DNA of 53,681 nucleotides, filler included, from Sphacelaria rigidula (Eukaryota), in assembly GCA_964200075.2 (NCBI GenBank). It is 5 parts of 5 records of this genome, joined end to end, with 100 filler letters (N's around TTAATTAATTAA, not from the genome) between each part and the next. Parts side by side here need not be neighbours in the genome. Positions count along the whole stretch, not along the records: positions 21,515 to 32,170 come from CAXNAA020006132.1; positions 32,271 to 42,926 come from CAXNAA020006133.1; 3 more parts are not named here. One strand, given 5' to 3'. Each line of letters opens with the position of its first letter. Within the stretch, counting starts at the first letter, position 1. Positions 24,950 to 38,580 of this stretch are shown piece by piece. A program made the position numbers and the translations under genes. The notes under the pieces are model-generated. The model searched no databases. It saw only the letters and a list, made by a program, of their open reading frames with translations, and was not told the origin of the DNA.

Positions 24950-27900
24950 CGTGGTCTGGTCGGACCGACGGTTCTCAGGTATCGATGTCAAGTGCTGGAG
25001 CGCAGCCGTGGCGTCAGGTGACTCTTGGTACCGACCAGGGTTCTTCGGCAGGCTTGGTACCTGTTGATCGCGGAGCTGAATGTTTACGTGCGGATCTGAA
25101 TGTTTACGCGCGGATCTTTCCTTGCCTGATTCCGCCGGTTTGTTCATGATCCACGTTATTCTGGTTTCTGGTTCCGCGCTGAAGTCGATCGGTGTGGGGT
25201 TGCTAGACCAAATGTCTTCGCAGTTTGGCGGCGCTCAGTTTCAGATTCCGTTCGAAAACAAACCGCAAACGGCGCAGACCGCCACGAGAGCACCCGTGGC
25301 GGTCACACATAAAACGGTGCCGACTACTCTTAGCGTGGGTACGCCGTGGGGGGCTGTGGAGTTGCAGCCCATTACGTTCGCTTTCATGCCCGGTAGGGAC
25401 AACGTGGTTCCGTTTGTGATGGCGACGATGAAGGAGCTCGAGATTGATTTGTACCCGCTGGTGTTGGATAAGTTACGCCCGCGTGCTGTGCCGGTGCAAA
25501 CCGGCGTGGAAATCCCCAGCTACCTTGCTGCAAGGCGTGTGACCGTATCCATACGGTCATTCCAGAGCGCCAATGAGGAGGAGGCTCCTGCGGATGAAGT
25601 GGTAGAGCGCTTGGTCGATCGGGGGCCCGACATGTTCACGGACCCTGCGGAGGAGAGAGGTGCAAAAGAACGTGCGCTTGTGGGTAGCGTGCCGCAGGCC
25701 AAGAAGAAGGGCCTGAGCGCAGATGGCGCCTATCGTCTACGTGATAGTTTGGCTCGTCGCGTGGATACCTTCCGTCGTACGCTGCGTGGTAATCCGCCAG
25801 CGCGCGTAAAGCCCATGAGGGTGCACCTTAAGCAACAGGCAAAGGCGGTGAAGGCCAAGCTCAGGCGTTACGATCCGGTAAAGACCGGGTGGCTTGCCTC
25901 ATGTGTCGCAGCTTTGGCAGCGTTTGGCTTAGTGGTTACGAACATCCAGGTTGTGTGGGCGAGTCCGGCGATGGCAGTCCCGAAGAGTGACACATTCCGT
26001 TTGGTCAGCGACTATCAGGCGGTGAGCGCACAAGTGGAACAGTATCCAGGAGTGATGCCAAGCCAAGAAGACATGCGGGAGTTGCTGGGAGCCCAATGCT
26101 TCGGCAAGTTGGACCTGCTACAGGGGTATTGGCAAATGACTCTGGCGCCGGAAGCTCAGGGAATCTTCACGATCGTCACGACTGACGGTTTGTTTACGCC
26201 TACTCGTGTCGCGCAGGGCGTGTGGAACGCCACGGCGTATTTCCAAGGTGTGCTGACTAACATTTTGCGAGGTTTAGACTGTAAAGTGTGGGCGGATGAT
26301 GTGTTCTATTTCGCTGAAACCGAAGAAGCATTGTTAGCTTTGCTTGACGGAATTCTTGACAGCTTGGAGAGTGTTGGTCTGTTCGTCGCTGCGCATACGT
26401 GTGCGGTTTTTGCCCGCGAAGTGGTTTGGTGTGGTGAGGTGAAATTCAAGGGTTCTGTTTCGTATGATCCCGTCCGCATCCAAGGTTTAAGCACTATGAG
26501 ACGTCCTCAAACCGCTAGTGAGCTGATGCAGCTTCTGCAGGCGGTGAATGGGTTATGCACTTCGCTCCCGCGCATGGCGGAAGTAGTTGCGCCGCTTCGC
26601 GTGTTTCTGGGACACCTTATGGTCGGGGCTTCGCGTCGGACCAAGCGGGTGGCGCGTAAGCGTACCATCCTGGAGGACGCTTGGACGGATTATCGTGTGC
26701 GGGCATGGCGTGCTGCGCAAGATTTTGTGGAGCAAGTGGTGCTGCTGTATCATCCTTGTCCAGGGTGCTTTGTTATGATTTTTCTAGACGCTTCGGATTT
26801 TCATTGGGGGGGGGGGTTCACGCAAGTGCCTGTCGCAGAGTTTAGTAGTGGCATTGCGCGCGAAAACATGTCACACGAACCGTTGGCAGTTCTGAGTGGT
26901 AGTTTTCAGGGTTCACAGTTGCGGTGAGCGACAGTCAACGAAGAAGGTTTCGCGATAGGCAATACATTTCGAAGGCTAGAGTACTTGCTTTGGGGTGGTC
27001 TTTGCATTTTCACAGATCATCCCGATCAAAAATATGTTTTAGCCCCGAAGAGTGTCACAACGGTGACGGAGGCCATGGCACAACGGCTTCAAAATTGGAA
27101 AGGAGTACTTGGCCAATATCGGTATGCCATTGAAGACATTTCTGAAATGCGCAATTGTTGGGGAGATTTGTTGTCTCGCTGCGTGAAGGTTCCTACCGTG
27201 CCTGTTCGTTCTGTTGCTGTGTACAGCCCGTGTGATCCCGATGATTCGCTGCTCTCGCTAGATGTCATTCCTACCGCGCAGCGCAAAACAGTCGGCGAAG
27301 GTATTCATTCTATTCCTACGACGTTCGGTCAAGCTACCTTGGCTGACGATGTTTTTTTTCGCGTGCGTGTCGGCAGTAGTGCTGTTTTGAGGATTCCGTC
27401 GGATGATAAGGCTCTTTAAACTCGCTTGATGGTGTGCGCTCATATGCGGTCGGCTGATTACCGTGGTGTGGCGCCGACTTTGTTTCGTTTGAAAGAATAC
27501 TGTTTGCGGCCTCACATGGATTCCCACGCTGGCGAGTTCGTTCACCAGTGTTTGCATTATGTAGACACTCGCTCTGGTGCGATTGTACCTCGTCCGTATG
27601 GCGATATTGTGCGTGGCACTGCGCCAGATGAAGTTGTTCACTATGATTCTCTGTACGTCGGAAGTAGCGGACCTGAAGGTGCTGATGGTTTGTCTGATGA
27701 GGATGGTTTTCGGTACGTTTTGTTCATCATGGATGATTTGTCCTATTCCGTTTGGTTGGAGCCGACCGAGGCTTGCACCGCCGAGTTTACGGCTAAGCAC
27801 TTGCTCCATTGGTGCGAGATTTCGGGGTGCCGCGTTTGTGGCTTAGTGATACCGCCACGCACTTCAAGAATCGAGTGATCGCGCAGCTGAGCGACGCGCT

Positions 27901-28890
27901 CAAGGTGCAACGCCAATTTACTGTTGCGTATACCCCTTGGTCGAATGGTGCTTGTAAACGCATGGTGAAAGAGGTCATTCGTGCGTTGCGGTCTATTCTC
28001 TCGAAACAGAAACGGTCGGCGTTTGAGTGGGTTAATGTTTTGCCAGCTGCTCAGTGGGCGCTAAATACTTATTTTCGTGAACGCTACCGTAACACTCCGT
28101 ATCGTGTGATCTTTGGGCGTACGCGGCATACAGCGTTTTCCGCGCTAGCTTCTGTCACTGGCGGCGAGTGTAACGTCGATATCATGGATGCTGATACGTT
28201 GCGTGACAAAGTTCGAGGCGTGGTTGACGAGCAAGTGCGGTTTTTGTGACGAAGTGCAAGGTGCTGTCGCGATGTCTCGCGAAACCAAATGCAAGCTTGC
28301 TCAGGGTCAGGCTGTGTTCCTCAAGTTTGCAGTTGGCGATTTCTTATTGTATGCCTCTGTTCGTAGGCAAGATGTGACGCAAAAAATTGACGTCCACATG
28401 GATAGGTCCGTGGCGAGTAGTCGGAGCCGATCACGCTCACTTGTATTCGGTGCAGAACATTGTTTTTGGCGCCGTGCACTCGGCCCATTTCGCTCGTTTG
28501 CGTTTCTAACCTGACTCACAGTTGCACATCACTGCGGAACTAAAATATGTATTTCATCATTCGTATGCTCAAGGAGAATGTCGGATGAATGCTTTGGTGC
28601 ACGCCGCTGAGGATGACAATGGCAATATCATTGTTTTCGTCGATTGGGACGAGTTTGGTGCTGAGAAACGTACGTGGGAGTCTCTCCGCAAGATCCTTTC
28701 TTCTGCGCCTGAATTTGTTTTGAAGGAACAGCGTAAAATGCGGTCGACTCGAGCGCTGACAAGTACGTTAGCGTCGGAGAGTATGGTATTTCTTCGTGAT
28801 CTGGCGCATGCGATTTCGCCTTGGTTTTTGTTGGTTGTCAAGCTAGTTCAGTTTTCTTGGACTCGCTTTGAGGGTGCTGTAGCCAAATGA
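24950..28890 (+). mobile_element. Degenerate Ty3/Gypsy (chromovirus-like) pol: protease-RT-RNase H-integrase-chromodomain
   Basis: Protease-like ILVSGS (D lost); RT KLDLLQGYWQM, TRVAQGVWNATAYFQ, VWADDV; RNase H FLDASDFHWG, R*ATVNEEGFAI, IFTDH; integrase LMVCAH, VHYDSLY, SDTATHF, PWSNG; chromodomain VDWDEFGAEKRTWESL; stops at 26925 and 27417 plus frameshifts. Confidence 0.93.
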
Positions 28891-29139
28891 TACCAAGTCG
28901 TAGGTTTCAGTATAATCGCATGCATGATTGGAGCAGTGGCAGGGGACAGGGGGTCCTGGATTGATGACCCTTATCTGTGTGGCCCCTTGCTATCTGGCAA
29001 GTGATGTGATCTGTTGAGTTGTGTACTCCGTAATAAGAACAGGTTAGAAGAAAGGACTTGTCGAGCACGAGGCCAGTATAACCACAGATATGACACAGGT
29101 GGAAAGGGCGGAATCTGAGGTGGATGTGCTGCACAGGCA

Positions 29140-29791
29140 GACGGTGGGAGCGTTAATGTGGCTGACCGATAACATTCGCCCCGTAATCGCGGACGCTGGA
29201 GGGAAGTGTCGCGACACAGTCACGATTTCACACATGATGACCGGCTGAGGGTGGTACGCATCCTGGAGTACCTAAATAGCACACGCGATTTAGGCATCAC
29301 GTACCAACGCGGTAGCCAAGAGAGGCTAGTGGCATACGCCGATGATGATTATGCCAATTCGGAGGAAAGACGGTCTGTAACAGGACGTGTCTTAATCTTT
29401 GGTCGTGCAGTTGTTGTCGGTTATATCGATAACCCAGGGTAATGTCACATTGTCCGGTAGTGAAGCAGAATACGCGATAGCCGACGAGGTGGCTAAAGAG
29501 GTGTTGTTCGTGCGGGGCATCCTGAAATTCACTCAACCGGATGCCGAGGAGAAGAGCCCTACGGTGTTTGAAGATTACCAGGGTGCCATTCAACCGGCCA
29601 ACAACCTGCTGAGTAGTGGTCGGAGTAGACATATTGATGTACGCCATCGTTTTCTGAGTGAACTAGCTAGTGATGGGAAGATTCGTTTCGAGTACATACG
29701 TTCAGAAGAGCAACACGCCGACATAATGACCATGGCTTTACCTGGATCAAGTATCGAGTACCACAGTGATTTTATTATGGATATCAAGTAG
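29140..29791 (+). mobile_element. Ty1/Copia RT C-terminus and RNase H remnant
   Basis: RILEYLNSTRDLGITY, LVAYADDDYA..RRSVTG, TLSGSEAEY, FEDYQGAI, RSRHIDVRHRF, QHADIMTMAL; one frameshift near 29415. Confidence 0.92.
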
Positions 29792-30205
29792 GCTGTGTTT
29801 GCTACTTTACTCCTCTTTGTCAATGTTTCTTTAGGGGTGATTCTTATTGTACTAAACGGCGCAAGTAGCCTTCTACGCAAAAGGGTTACTTGCCATGTGA
29901 GATGTGTCGGCGAGGAGATTCCGGCTCTTATTTATTTTGATTGCTTGGAAAGTGATTCTTCGGCGCCTGTGCGCAGCTGATTAAGTTGTCTTTCCGGCGG
30001 GGCCCGGTTGTCTTACTTAGTTCTTGTTAACATAGTTGCGACGGTCCGTCAGTTCGTTGATACTGAGCAGAACCAAGAGGGTATTTGATATTCGAGTTGA
30101 TCATTCTCATCTCTACAGGTATTGACCAAAGATATCGGGCTACTAGGTAGAGAATCATTTTCCGAGGAACGTTTTTCGCGGTACACAGGTATATGTACCT
30201 GTATG

Positions 30206-30842
30206 CACACGTGGACAGATAGCACCCTGTGGGGCGCACTGTGCAGGGTCCGTACAGGGTCCTCCACAGTCTTTGTGAAGAAACCCTGACAGTGAAATGC
30301 AAAATATGTACCCCTCGTAGCGTTTTGATAGGCTTTTCCCCAGGGTTGGATTTGCAGCCCTGTGTAGGCACGTCAGCAAAGCCCTGCACAGTCATGTGGA
30401 AGTGTTTTGGTGGAAAAATCTGAAGTGTTTCTTTTGAAAAATCCAAAGAGTTTAGTACAAAATCTGTAAAGTAATATATCTTCAATAGCTTGTCCTCCTG
30501 TCCGAGGTAAATTCCTCTTCACCCGATTTGAATCGAGCGAAAAGCAATTTATTTTGGACAGAAGGACAAGGTCTTCAAAACAGATCATTTTCTCGCCCAA
30601 TCAATTTCGGCAAAGAAAAGGACTTATTGAGAACAGCAGAAGAAGCTGTTCAAAATCGATCCTTTTTTTGCCCATTTTTGAGATGAGCGAACAAGGATCT
30701 ATTTCGAACAGCTCCTTTTGCTGCGCAAGTCCCATGCACACTGGCAGATTCGGAATTTGACCGGCAGAAGAAGCTCGAAATACATATTTACTTTTCCCTC
30801 GAATTCATCCAGAGATTAGGGGAAAAGAAGTTCATGGCGAGC
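30206..30842 (-). mobile_element. Same CAC-TIR element, partial copy 3 (inverted)
   Basis: Reverse complement of about 13960-14596. Confidence 0.8.
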
Positions 30843-32170
30843 ATAAGGGGAGTAGTAGCCTGATTGACATGAGCGACGTTGGGCCGATTCGCGCAGGGGG
30901 TAGGAAGCGCACGCCTAACGTGCGCCTGCAAGACCACGAGTAGCATCATGGTTTATCGGGGTCATTCGGGCGTAGATGGGGACGTATACGCTACAGTATG
31001 CTTTCTGTTTGTTAGGAGCTACCCAACCAAGTGGAATTAGTTTCGACATCATTCTCGCAAAAATTTGGTGTTCGACGGATGTGACCCAGTTATAATGAAA
31101 CACGTTTGCCCCCCCCCACCCCCCCACAAACTTCTCGCCAAAACTGACAATGACTCCGAGAACGGCAGACGTAGCTCGCAGACAGCAGCGAGCACGAAAC
31201 AGAGCAAGCCAAGCAGCGAAAACCTCGCCGAATCTTTCTCGGCGATGACCTTACACGCCCCGGTCCCTCGCGGAGTAACACCTGCGGCAAAGATAACCAC
31301 GAGTGGCGGGTGTAGGGGCGGGGGGAGGGGGGGGGAGAGGGGGGTCGGGGCCCGGTACAGAGTAGTACGTCGAGTATCGGGTGGTACGCACAGTACTAGC
31401 ACCACCTCTAACCGCGGTACTTGCACCACCTCTACAGACAGTATAGGCAGGGCCTCCATAAAGAGTAAGGGCAATCAACAGAACACGCCTAAACAGCATT
31501 GAGCAGGCAAAGGCCAAGTGCTTTTTCGGCGAAAAATGCGACGAAAATAATTCCGTTTCAAACGCAGCATGATTTAGAGCAAACGAACACCACTCCACAG
31601 CAACAGCCCCTGGCTCTAGCTCTAGACACATGCGTTGTATCACATAAACGGAACGGTGCTTGACAGAAAGTAAAGCACCTGTCTCGTCAGTGTTCCATCT
31701 GTGATCGGTTGCTGGCTCCTCCTTGTCCACGTAGTCCTCACGGGCAGCATAAAACTCCGGCATGCGATCTTATTCGGCCGCACCACCCTGTCGGCCTTTT
31801 AGATGAGGTTGCTGCGCTCACCTAGCCGCGGATGCCTCCGAGGGAACAAGTCAAGCCATTTTTGACCTGAGCCTACTATCGGGTCCTGTGGCACCGGTCG
31901 GTTGTCGCTCCAGAGTGCCATAGCCGCCTGTTTCGGGCCATCTCTATTCAGACCCGTTGACGAGCTGCAGCAAATTTCATCATATCCTCAACGGAATTTT
32001 CTTCCTAGCTCGATAATACAGTACCCGGACCAACCCTGCCAGCTATGCCCACGCTACCACCGACACGCTTATGCAGCGAACCAACGAAGATGTCGAAGGT
32101 CTTTGCAGTAGCATGGAAGGTCATGCGACCGCTGCGTACCGCTTCTACGGCCTCTGCTGCACGTTCTGGG

Positions 32171-32270
32171 NNNNNNNNNNNNNNNNNNNNNNNNNNNNNN
32201 NNNNNNNNNNNNNNTTAATTAATTAANNNNNNNNNNNNNNNNNNNNNNNNNNNNNNNNNNNNNNNNNNNN
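32171..32270. other. Assembly spacer
   Basis: 44N-TTAATTAATTAA-44N. Confidence 0.97.
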
Positions 32271-32651
32271 AAGACAGATATCTTCGTACCGTGGTTTGTC
32301 AGTACTGCAGACTACACTGAAAAGGCTGTTCACACCAACACACTTTTCTCCGCGGGAGTTATGGAGCGTGACATCTGCGTCGCGGATATGTTTCAGCCCC
32401 GCAAGCGTGGTGGCGTCGATCCCGACAATCTCGAAATTGCCTTGTATCTGCGGGGCCAGTTCGACAGCATCTCTGTAGACATCCCACAGCTAACGGATGA
32501 GCAGGCATCGAAAGCCGTGCCAAGTCGGTTTACCGTCAGAAAAATGCTAGAAGAGGTTGAGGTGTTGAACTTTTCTCTCGAGCCCGAGAGTGATATGGGG
32601 GAGGAGGAAGCTTTTTCGTGGGAGAACGAGTACGGAGCGGTTCCGAATTAG
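32271..32651 (+). pseudogene. Probable hAT transposase C-terminal dimerisation-domain fragment
   Basis: FSAGVMERDICVADMFQPRKRGGVDPDNLEIALYLR resembles S...ER.FS......R..L....E..L.LR; 5' part lost in the gap. Confidence 0.5.
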
Positions 32652-35594
32652 CTTATTGGACTTCGTCTGATCCAAACGTGCAGTGCGAGGGTTCATTACT
32701 ATTTCGAATGGGAAACTAGGGGTGTCGCGCCCTGGCGGTCCAGTGGTCACCATTAGGGTGCAGATGACGAGTGTTGGAGTTCCGATGCGTTGAACTTCTC
32801 CAAAATAATTGATGTCCACCGTGGGAAGCGTGAGAACATGAGTAAACAGAGTAGTTGACTGAGTTTGTTTGACGACAGTTGACGCGGGGCGGAAGTGCTG
32901 ACACCTTGCAGGATCAACATGCAAGGTGTATGGGGGGGAAGTGGGTTGATCCCTCGAGACCGGTCTGGTCACGCAGAAGGGGAGAGGTTCGAACCGTGAC
33001 AATGAGTAAAGTTGGGGTACAACACAAGGTGACATATACTGTAGTGAAGTGGTGGTGTGCTGATTACGTGATGGTTATTCCTGCGACAAGTGTCTTTGAT
33101 CTAACACACACTAGATATCGATGAAGTTCCGTAGCACTAGACGGCTTGTCGTCCCTGAGAACGGTGATGGACAACAAATATATCATGTTGGTCCTTTGCC
33201 GATGCCATCAATCGCCACGACTTGAAATCAGTCCCGATCCGCCTGGGTCATGAAGGAAATTGACTACCGTGTCCGATTTTCTCGCATGTTGTCGTCTACC
33301 GCACTGTACGATGACGGAACCCCTTGAAATATATTGGCATAAATCATGCATATCGATGGAAACGTTCAAAATCTATCGCTAACGGCCGTCTCTATCGGTG
33401 GACAATGCAAAAATCCATTATTGCCCTTGGCCATGTATATCGATGGAACGTTTCGTAAATTCATTGTCACAGACCATTTATATTGATGGAGTTTTGCGGA
33501 ATCTATGGCGAAGGACCATGTGTATTGACATGAATTTTTCATTGTCCATTTCCATGCACGATGTGTATCGGTGGCATGAACCAAGATTTATCGTTACCGA
33601 CAAGTGCCCATCGGTGTAATATTTCACACATCATTGCCAGTAAAGATATATATCGATGAGAACATCGCCCAGTACATTGTTTCCAGCAATGAATATGGCC
33701 AAATTTTCGTTGGAATCATTGTTCCCCGCGATTGAAATCAATATGATCACCACCCTAGCTATTTGTGCAGCAATAGACCATTACCATGTCTTTTGTCCAG
33801 GGTATGAAGAATTACTAGACATGGGGCTTCTTCATCAACGAAGAAAACATGGCCCAGAATTCTGAGTAGAGGGGCTCCTTCCTCTTGATCAGACGATATG
33901 CGGATCACGGCCCAAGCCGTCTGTGTCGATGAGATATCGCTTTGAGTGCTTCAAATCCGCGTCTAGGCCGGCCCAGCTCGTAACCACCTGGCGCGTCCAT
34001 ATCTTGATTTGGCACCACGTCCACTCGAAAAATTAGTGGAAGACTCAGGTTTTCGTTCGCAAACGCTCAAAAAATGGTGTTCGTGTGTGCGTTTTCATTG
34101 GATTTGCCCAGTCCTCCAATTATTGCGAAGTACTACGCAGCTTCAACCGCGGGTCTGATGAAATGTCTAATGTAAAATGGAAGCGGTTGATGTGCACGAA
34201 GCGCACGGTGAGCAGGATCATAGCAGGCAGTGTCGCGACTCAAGCTGCTCCTAGTTTTTCACCATCGGCGAAGCCTCCATCTGTGGTGAGAATTTCCTCT
34301 GTTTCCGGTTTTTCATTATCTAGCGCTTCAATAGGGTAGCAGTCTTCGTTCTAGTGGTGCCTTCTGACGGATCCGATTGCTGTAAATCTGCTTTTGTCTT
34401 GCGGCTATACCGTGCCGTACGTCACGGAGTATAACACCCCCGGTACATGGTGGTAATGTACCTTCACTTTACCGGTCTTCTCTACAGCAGAGGCTCTTGA
34501 ACCCAAAGATATCCAGTTTATCGTATGATCTCAACCAGATATTTCTAAGCACAGAGTTTTCGATGGCGTGACTGCCCCAGGGATTCGTAAAAAGGAGTTT
34601 CAGAACGAAGCGCTTAGGGCTCTTGCACAAGGGATCAGACGACATCGTCTTGGATTTCACGTGCCTTTGTCCAAATTGGTGCAAGGGGATAGCCCGCCAC
34701 AATACGATGCGCGGCACTCTCGTGTACAACAGTCCAATGATGTACAAAAAAAAGATCATGCGTTAATCTGGCGAGAATGCGTGACAACACGCTCCTGTAT
34801 TGTATGTCATGTGTGCCGTACTGTCTGTACTCTACCGTATCGTGTTGCATAACACGAAACGCTGAGCTGTTGACTGTACAGACGGCACATCCAGTATACA
34901 CACACACACTGCGGCACCATAGGAGGGACAATTGGTGTCACAACGGAAGGCATCGGCACTGGTCGGCTGATGTTATGTTGGGTGATTTGCGGTAAAGAAA
35001 AATCTGGACCCAGCCGTTCTGCATCAGTATGTTAGTGTTGTGTGCGCCACGGCACACGATTCAACTGATCCGCAGTAATGTCACGTTCTTTACCACCCCT
35101 CCGACAAGATACGGCGAAGCCTGCAGACGTGATGAACCATACAATCGCCATTTCACGCACACAACACTCTGGAACATGTTCAAAGTTATCTGTTTCAGGA
35201 ACTCTGACTCGATTGTATACACCATAGTGCAGAAATTAGCGATTGGTATGTCGAAATGGCGGGGACACCGAATGCATCAACTGTGCAGACACTGCTGCAT
35301 CGTCGTTTCAATAGAATCTACCACCTGTTAGATATGAAACTTACTGAATTGGTTTTAGCAAGGACTCCGAAAACCGGATCTTTATTGAGGGCTGTGTTTC
35401 TGGCGCGCGCAGAACGCGTTTCGTCCAATTCGACGTCGCAGGCGCCGATTTGAGGTGTGGCAACGCACATTTTGCCTGGGGATCAAAATTGCACCCCCCT
35501 TGTCGGAGGGTTTTCGGTATGCCTTCGTTGGGGAGAGGGTGGGTTTAAGGGTAGGGGTTAGGGGGAGAGTTATGCGAAATCATAAATATCCGAG

Positions 35595-35662
35595 AGAGTT
35601 CTATATTCACCAAGTCGAAAATTATCCTCGGTAATTTAAAATTTTGGTGAATATAGAACTCT
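35595..35662. repeat. Miniature inverted-repeat element
   Basis: Perfect 19-bp arms AGAGTTCTATATTCACCAA / TTGGTGAATATAGAACTCT. Confidence 0.7.
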
Positions 35663-35722
35663 ATAATTTTCGATTCTGGCATCTAAACCGCGATCGCACA
35701 GAGTTCACCCGGTGCCGCTCAA

Positions 35723-35955
35723 CCCTTTTGGAACCGTTGCTGGAAAAATGACGATCTGAAGTCGACGTTGTTTTGGGCAAGATATGTCTCTTTTTATGCA
35801 ACTGTTGATGATACAGCCCGCCCAAACGGTGCACCACTCTCAGTTCAAGTATACTCATGTGACAGATTCATGCACCGAACTCGAAGTGACCTTTTTTCCA
35901 GTGACGAAAGCTCGCATATAAGAGTTTGCACTGTTTTTCGCGAGTTCCAAAAGGG
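35723..35955. mobile_element. piggyBac-like MITE
   Basis: TIR CCCTTTTGGAAC / GTTCCAAAAGGG with TCAA / TTAA flanks. Confidence 0.6.
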
Positions 35956-36808
35956 TTAACGTACGAGTATCATTTCTAGGGCTGTGAAGTGGCTGCTCTG
36001 GCCAGTTAAGTTTAAACTGGCCGCGCCAGCGGCCAGTACATCGATTGTTTTCCAGTTAATCGGCTTCGAGAAAAAATGCGGTATTTGGCTCGATTTTCTT
36101 TCAAAAATGTGGAAAATTGCAGAAATTGTGACCCCTCACACTGAGGAGCTGAAAGTCTTAGATGGCGTTAAAATCCCATTCAAAGCGGTGAGCGATTCGA
36201 AAACCATTCATCTGGAATATGCAGCAGCAGACTCTCCGTGGGGAGAGAAAGACGCAAACAAGCCAAGGCTGGCAGCACGCGGGGATAAGAGCGCAAAATG
36301 ATTCACTCCGGACCCACAAGCACGTATGCAGTTGAATTGCAAACCATGGTGCACTTTGTATTTCGTGGTCGCGGATTACCGCTTGCTATTTTTGATTCCA
36401 GATGTGCCATGAAACGACGAACCTGGCATATATCCGCAATATCCCCTTGAGGTGTAGTGAGCATGTGCTGCATCACGTTCAAACGCTCGTCATGCAACTG
36501 GCAGTTGGCAATCAGGGTTTGGCGTTCGGCAGTTTCGCATCACGCGTCCCACCTAGCCGTGCGTAAGTCGGTTGCATTTCCTTTTTCTTCTTTCATTCTC
36601 TTCATTCGACGGATCAGCCGTCGGCCTACACGGTATGACAAGAAAAAAACCCCAGAAATCTCGAGAACCAGGAGGTACCAACGAAGCATACGGAACGAAA
36701 ACAAGTAGAAAACACGTGAGGTAGTCAGGTAGTGACTAGCCCAGGGCAAACACGTTCTTCATGTGCTTGAAACACGGAAGACAAAGCATGAAGCTGTGTA
36801 TCGCTGCT

Positions 36809-38580
36809 TTACGCATCATTGACGCAAACAATTTCCTTCGACGCCTTCGAAGCGCCCTCCGCCTCAATTGCTACCCCATATTCCTCTGCCACCTGCCACG
36901 TGCTACGCGAGCAAACTAACAGCTCGACGTGCTCGGGGCTCAGCGAGTTGCGGGTCTTTATCACCACACTCCCTGCGCACGAAAACAGGCGCTCGGAGTG
37001 GGCCTGTGTTGCTAGGACGGCGAGCACGTGGCGAGCTAGTTGGGCGAGTAAAGGGATTGTCGCCTCTTTCTCACTCCACCATGTGAGGGGGTCGCGGTAT
37101 GTTTTTTTGCCCTTGCTTTCATCGTAGACCGGTATCCTCTTCATCCCTCTGAACGCCGCCACCTGGAGTCGTGCCGTGTTCTCGACGAGGTCGGCGTCTG
37201 CCGTGCCGATCTCGCTCGAATCTTCGTCCTCATCGGAGTCCGCCTGCGCGGCTGCCATGAATCCGCTCAAGCGGCGAGGGTGCTTGATACCAGAGGGCGT
37301 GTCCATCGATTGAGGACGTTTTGTAGGTGATGAACGCCCCTGGCTCTCGGACTGGGTGTCCTGGCGACCCTCGTTCGCCATCTTTGCCGCGTCCTTCACC
37401 ACAAGCTCCCACACTGCCTCTTGCTCGTCATCATTGAACTCATACAGCATCTTGGTACGCGGATCGAGAGCGGTGGAAAGCACTTGTATGGTCTTGAAGC
37501 CTTGGGGCTGCCTCCTCTTTCCTTTTTTGCAAACTAGATTGGTGGTGCCGTCTCCCCATCGTTCATTGAAATCATTAAGAAGGGCTTTTGCGCAGTTCCT
37601 CACCGCGGATACCGCCCGGTCGTCATCGTCTAGTATCGCACCACGCTCGTCATTGTCCTCCCCAAACACACAGCGCATACCCGACACCTCTCTGATAGCC
37701 TCCTGCAGGCCTTCGCGGAGATCATGGACAGTGGGAATCACGAGGCTGCCTGTCACGTACTTGTGATCCTCCAGCGTTCCCTGCGCCACCATGAACGGCT
37801 CCAGCACAGGATGGATCAGTTCGAGAACTCTCCAGTCTTCATTGGTCAAGATGGCGTCCAGCTGATGCATGGTTTCGTGCATTTCGATCGCTGGTCTCAG
37901 GTACAGCAAGCGATCCACCATGGCGTGCGAAAACCATCACCTGGTGATAACATCCTGAATGACCTTGAGCGGCTCCAGCCCTGGAATGATGTGCGCCAAT
38001 TTCTCGAGGGTTTCAGCGACTTGACTCGACTGGGTGTAACGTGTCGCCAAGGAGCGCGCCAGAGCCATCGCCCTTTTCACCCCTGGCCCATTGAAGACAA
38101 CGGAGGTCGTCTTTTCGAGACCGTGGTTGACGCAGCCAATGTGAGTGTAGACGCCCGCAGCTTCGAGGTTGCGACCCATGTTGACCATAGATGGCTCGCA
38201 ATCTGTCACGCAGCCCACGACTCGAGTCTCCAAGGGATGCTCCTTGAGATTTTTCTGCACTCCGTCAGCCAGATCGTTCCCTGTCGTGGTACCAGATGAA
38301 TTCGTGCAGTTCAGCGGAAACGTGACAAGTTTCCAAGCCTTGTTGATGAAGCTGACGGTCAGGGACATGTACGTGTCATTGGCGCACGAAGTCCAGCCGT
38401 CCGTGGTAATGCACACGTGTTCGTCCTTGAGTATGTCTCCGATTCCCGCTAAAACGCTAGCCCTGATGCTCTTGGTGGACAGCACCGATCTGCAATCCGG
38501 GATAAGGGCCTCCGGATTGAGTACCCCGACCATGTCGCGCAACCACCGGTTTTCCACCGTCTGCAACGGCATCATAAAAT
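36809..38580 (-). pseudogene. hAT transposase core (DDE and dimerisation domain) with an in-frame stop
   Basis: ITTDGWTS (D), CVTDCEPSM (D), CVNH (CxxH), DVITR*WFS (TGA at 37937-37939 in place of W), TQAHSERLFS (E), PLTWW..LAQLARHVL; ORFs 37937-38623 and 36809-37921 share a frame. Confidence 0.92.

Noticed and set aside
25080..26927. 615-aa RT ORF as a retron, DGR or other novel RT system
   Set aside because: The PR-RT-RH-IN-chromodomain order and motifs are Ty3/Gypsy, with stops and frameshifts downstream.
33950..35455. Possible piggyBac-like element with a transposase remnant at 34568-34852
   Set aside because: The ends are only loosely inverted and the ORF has no diagnostic motif.
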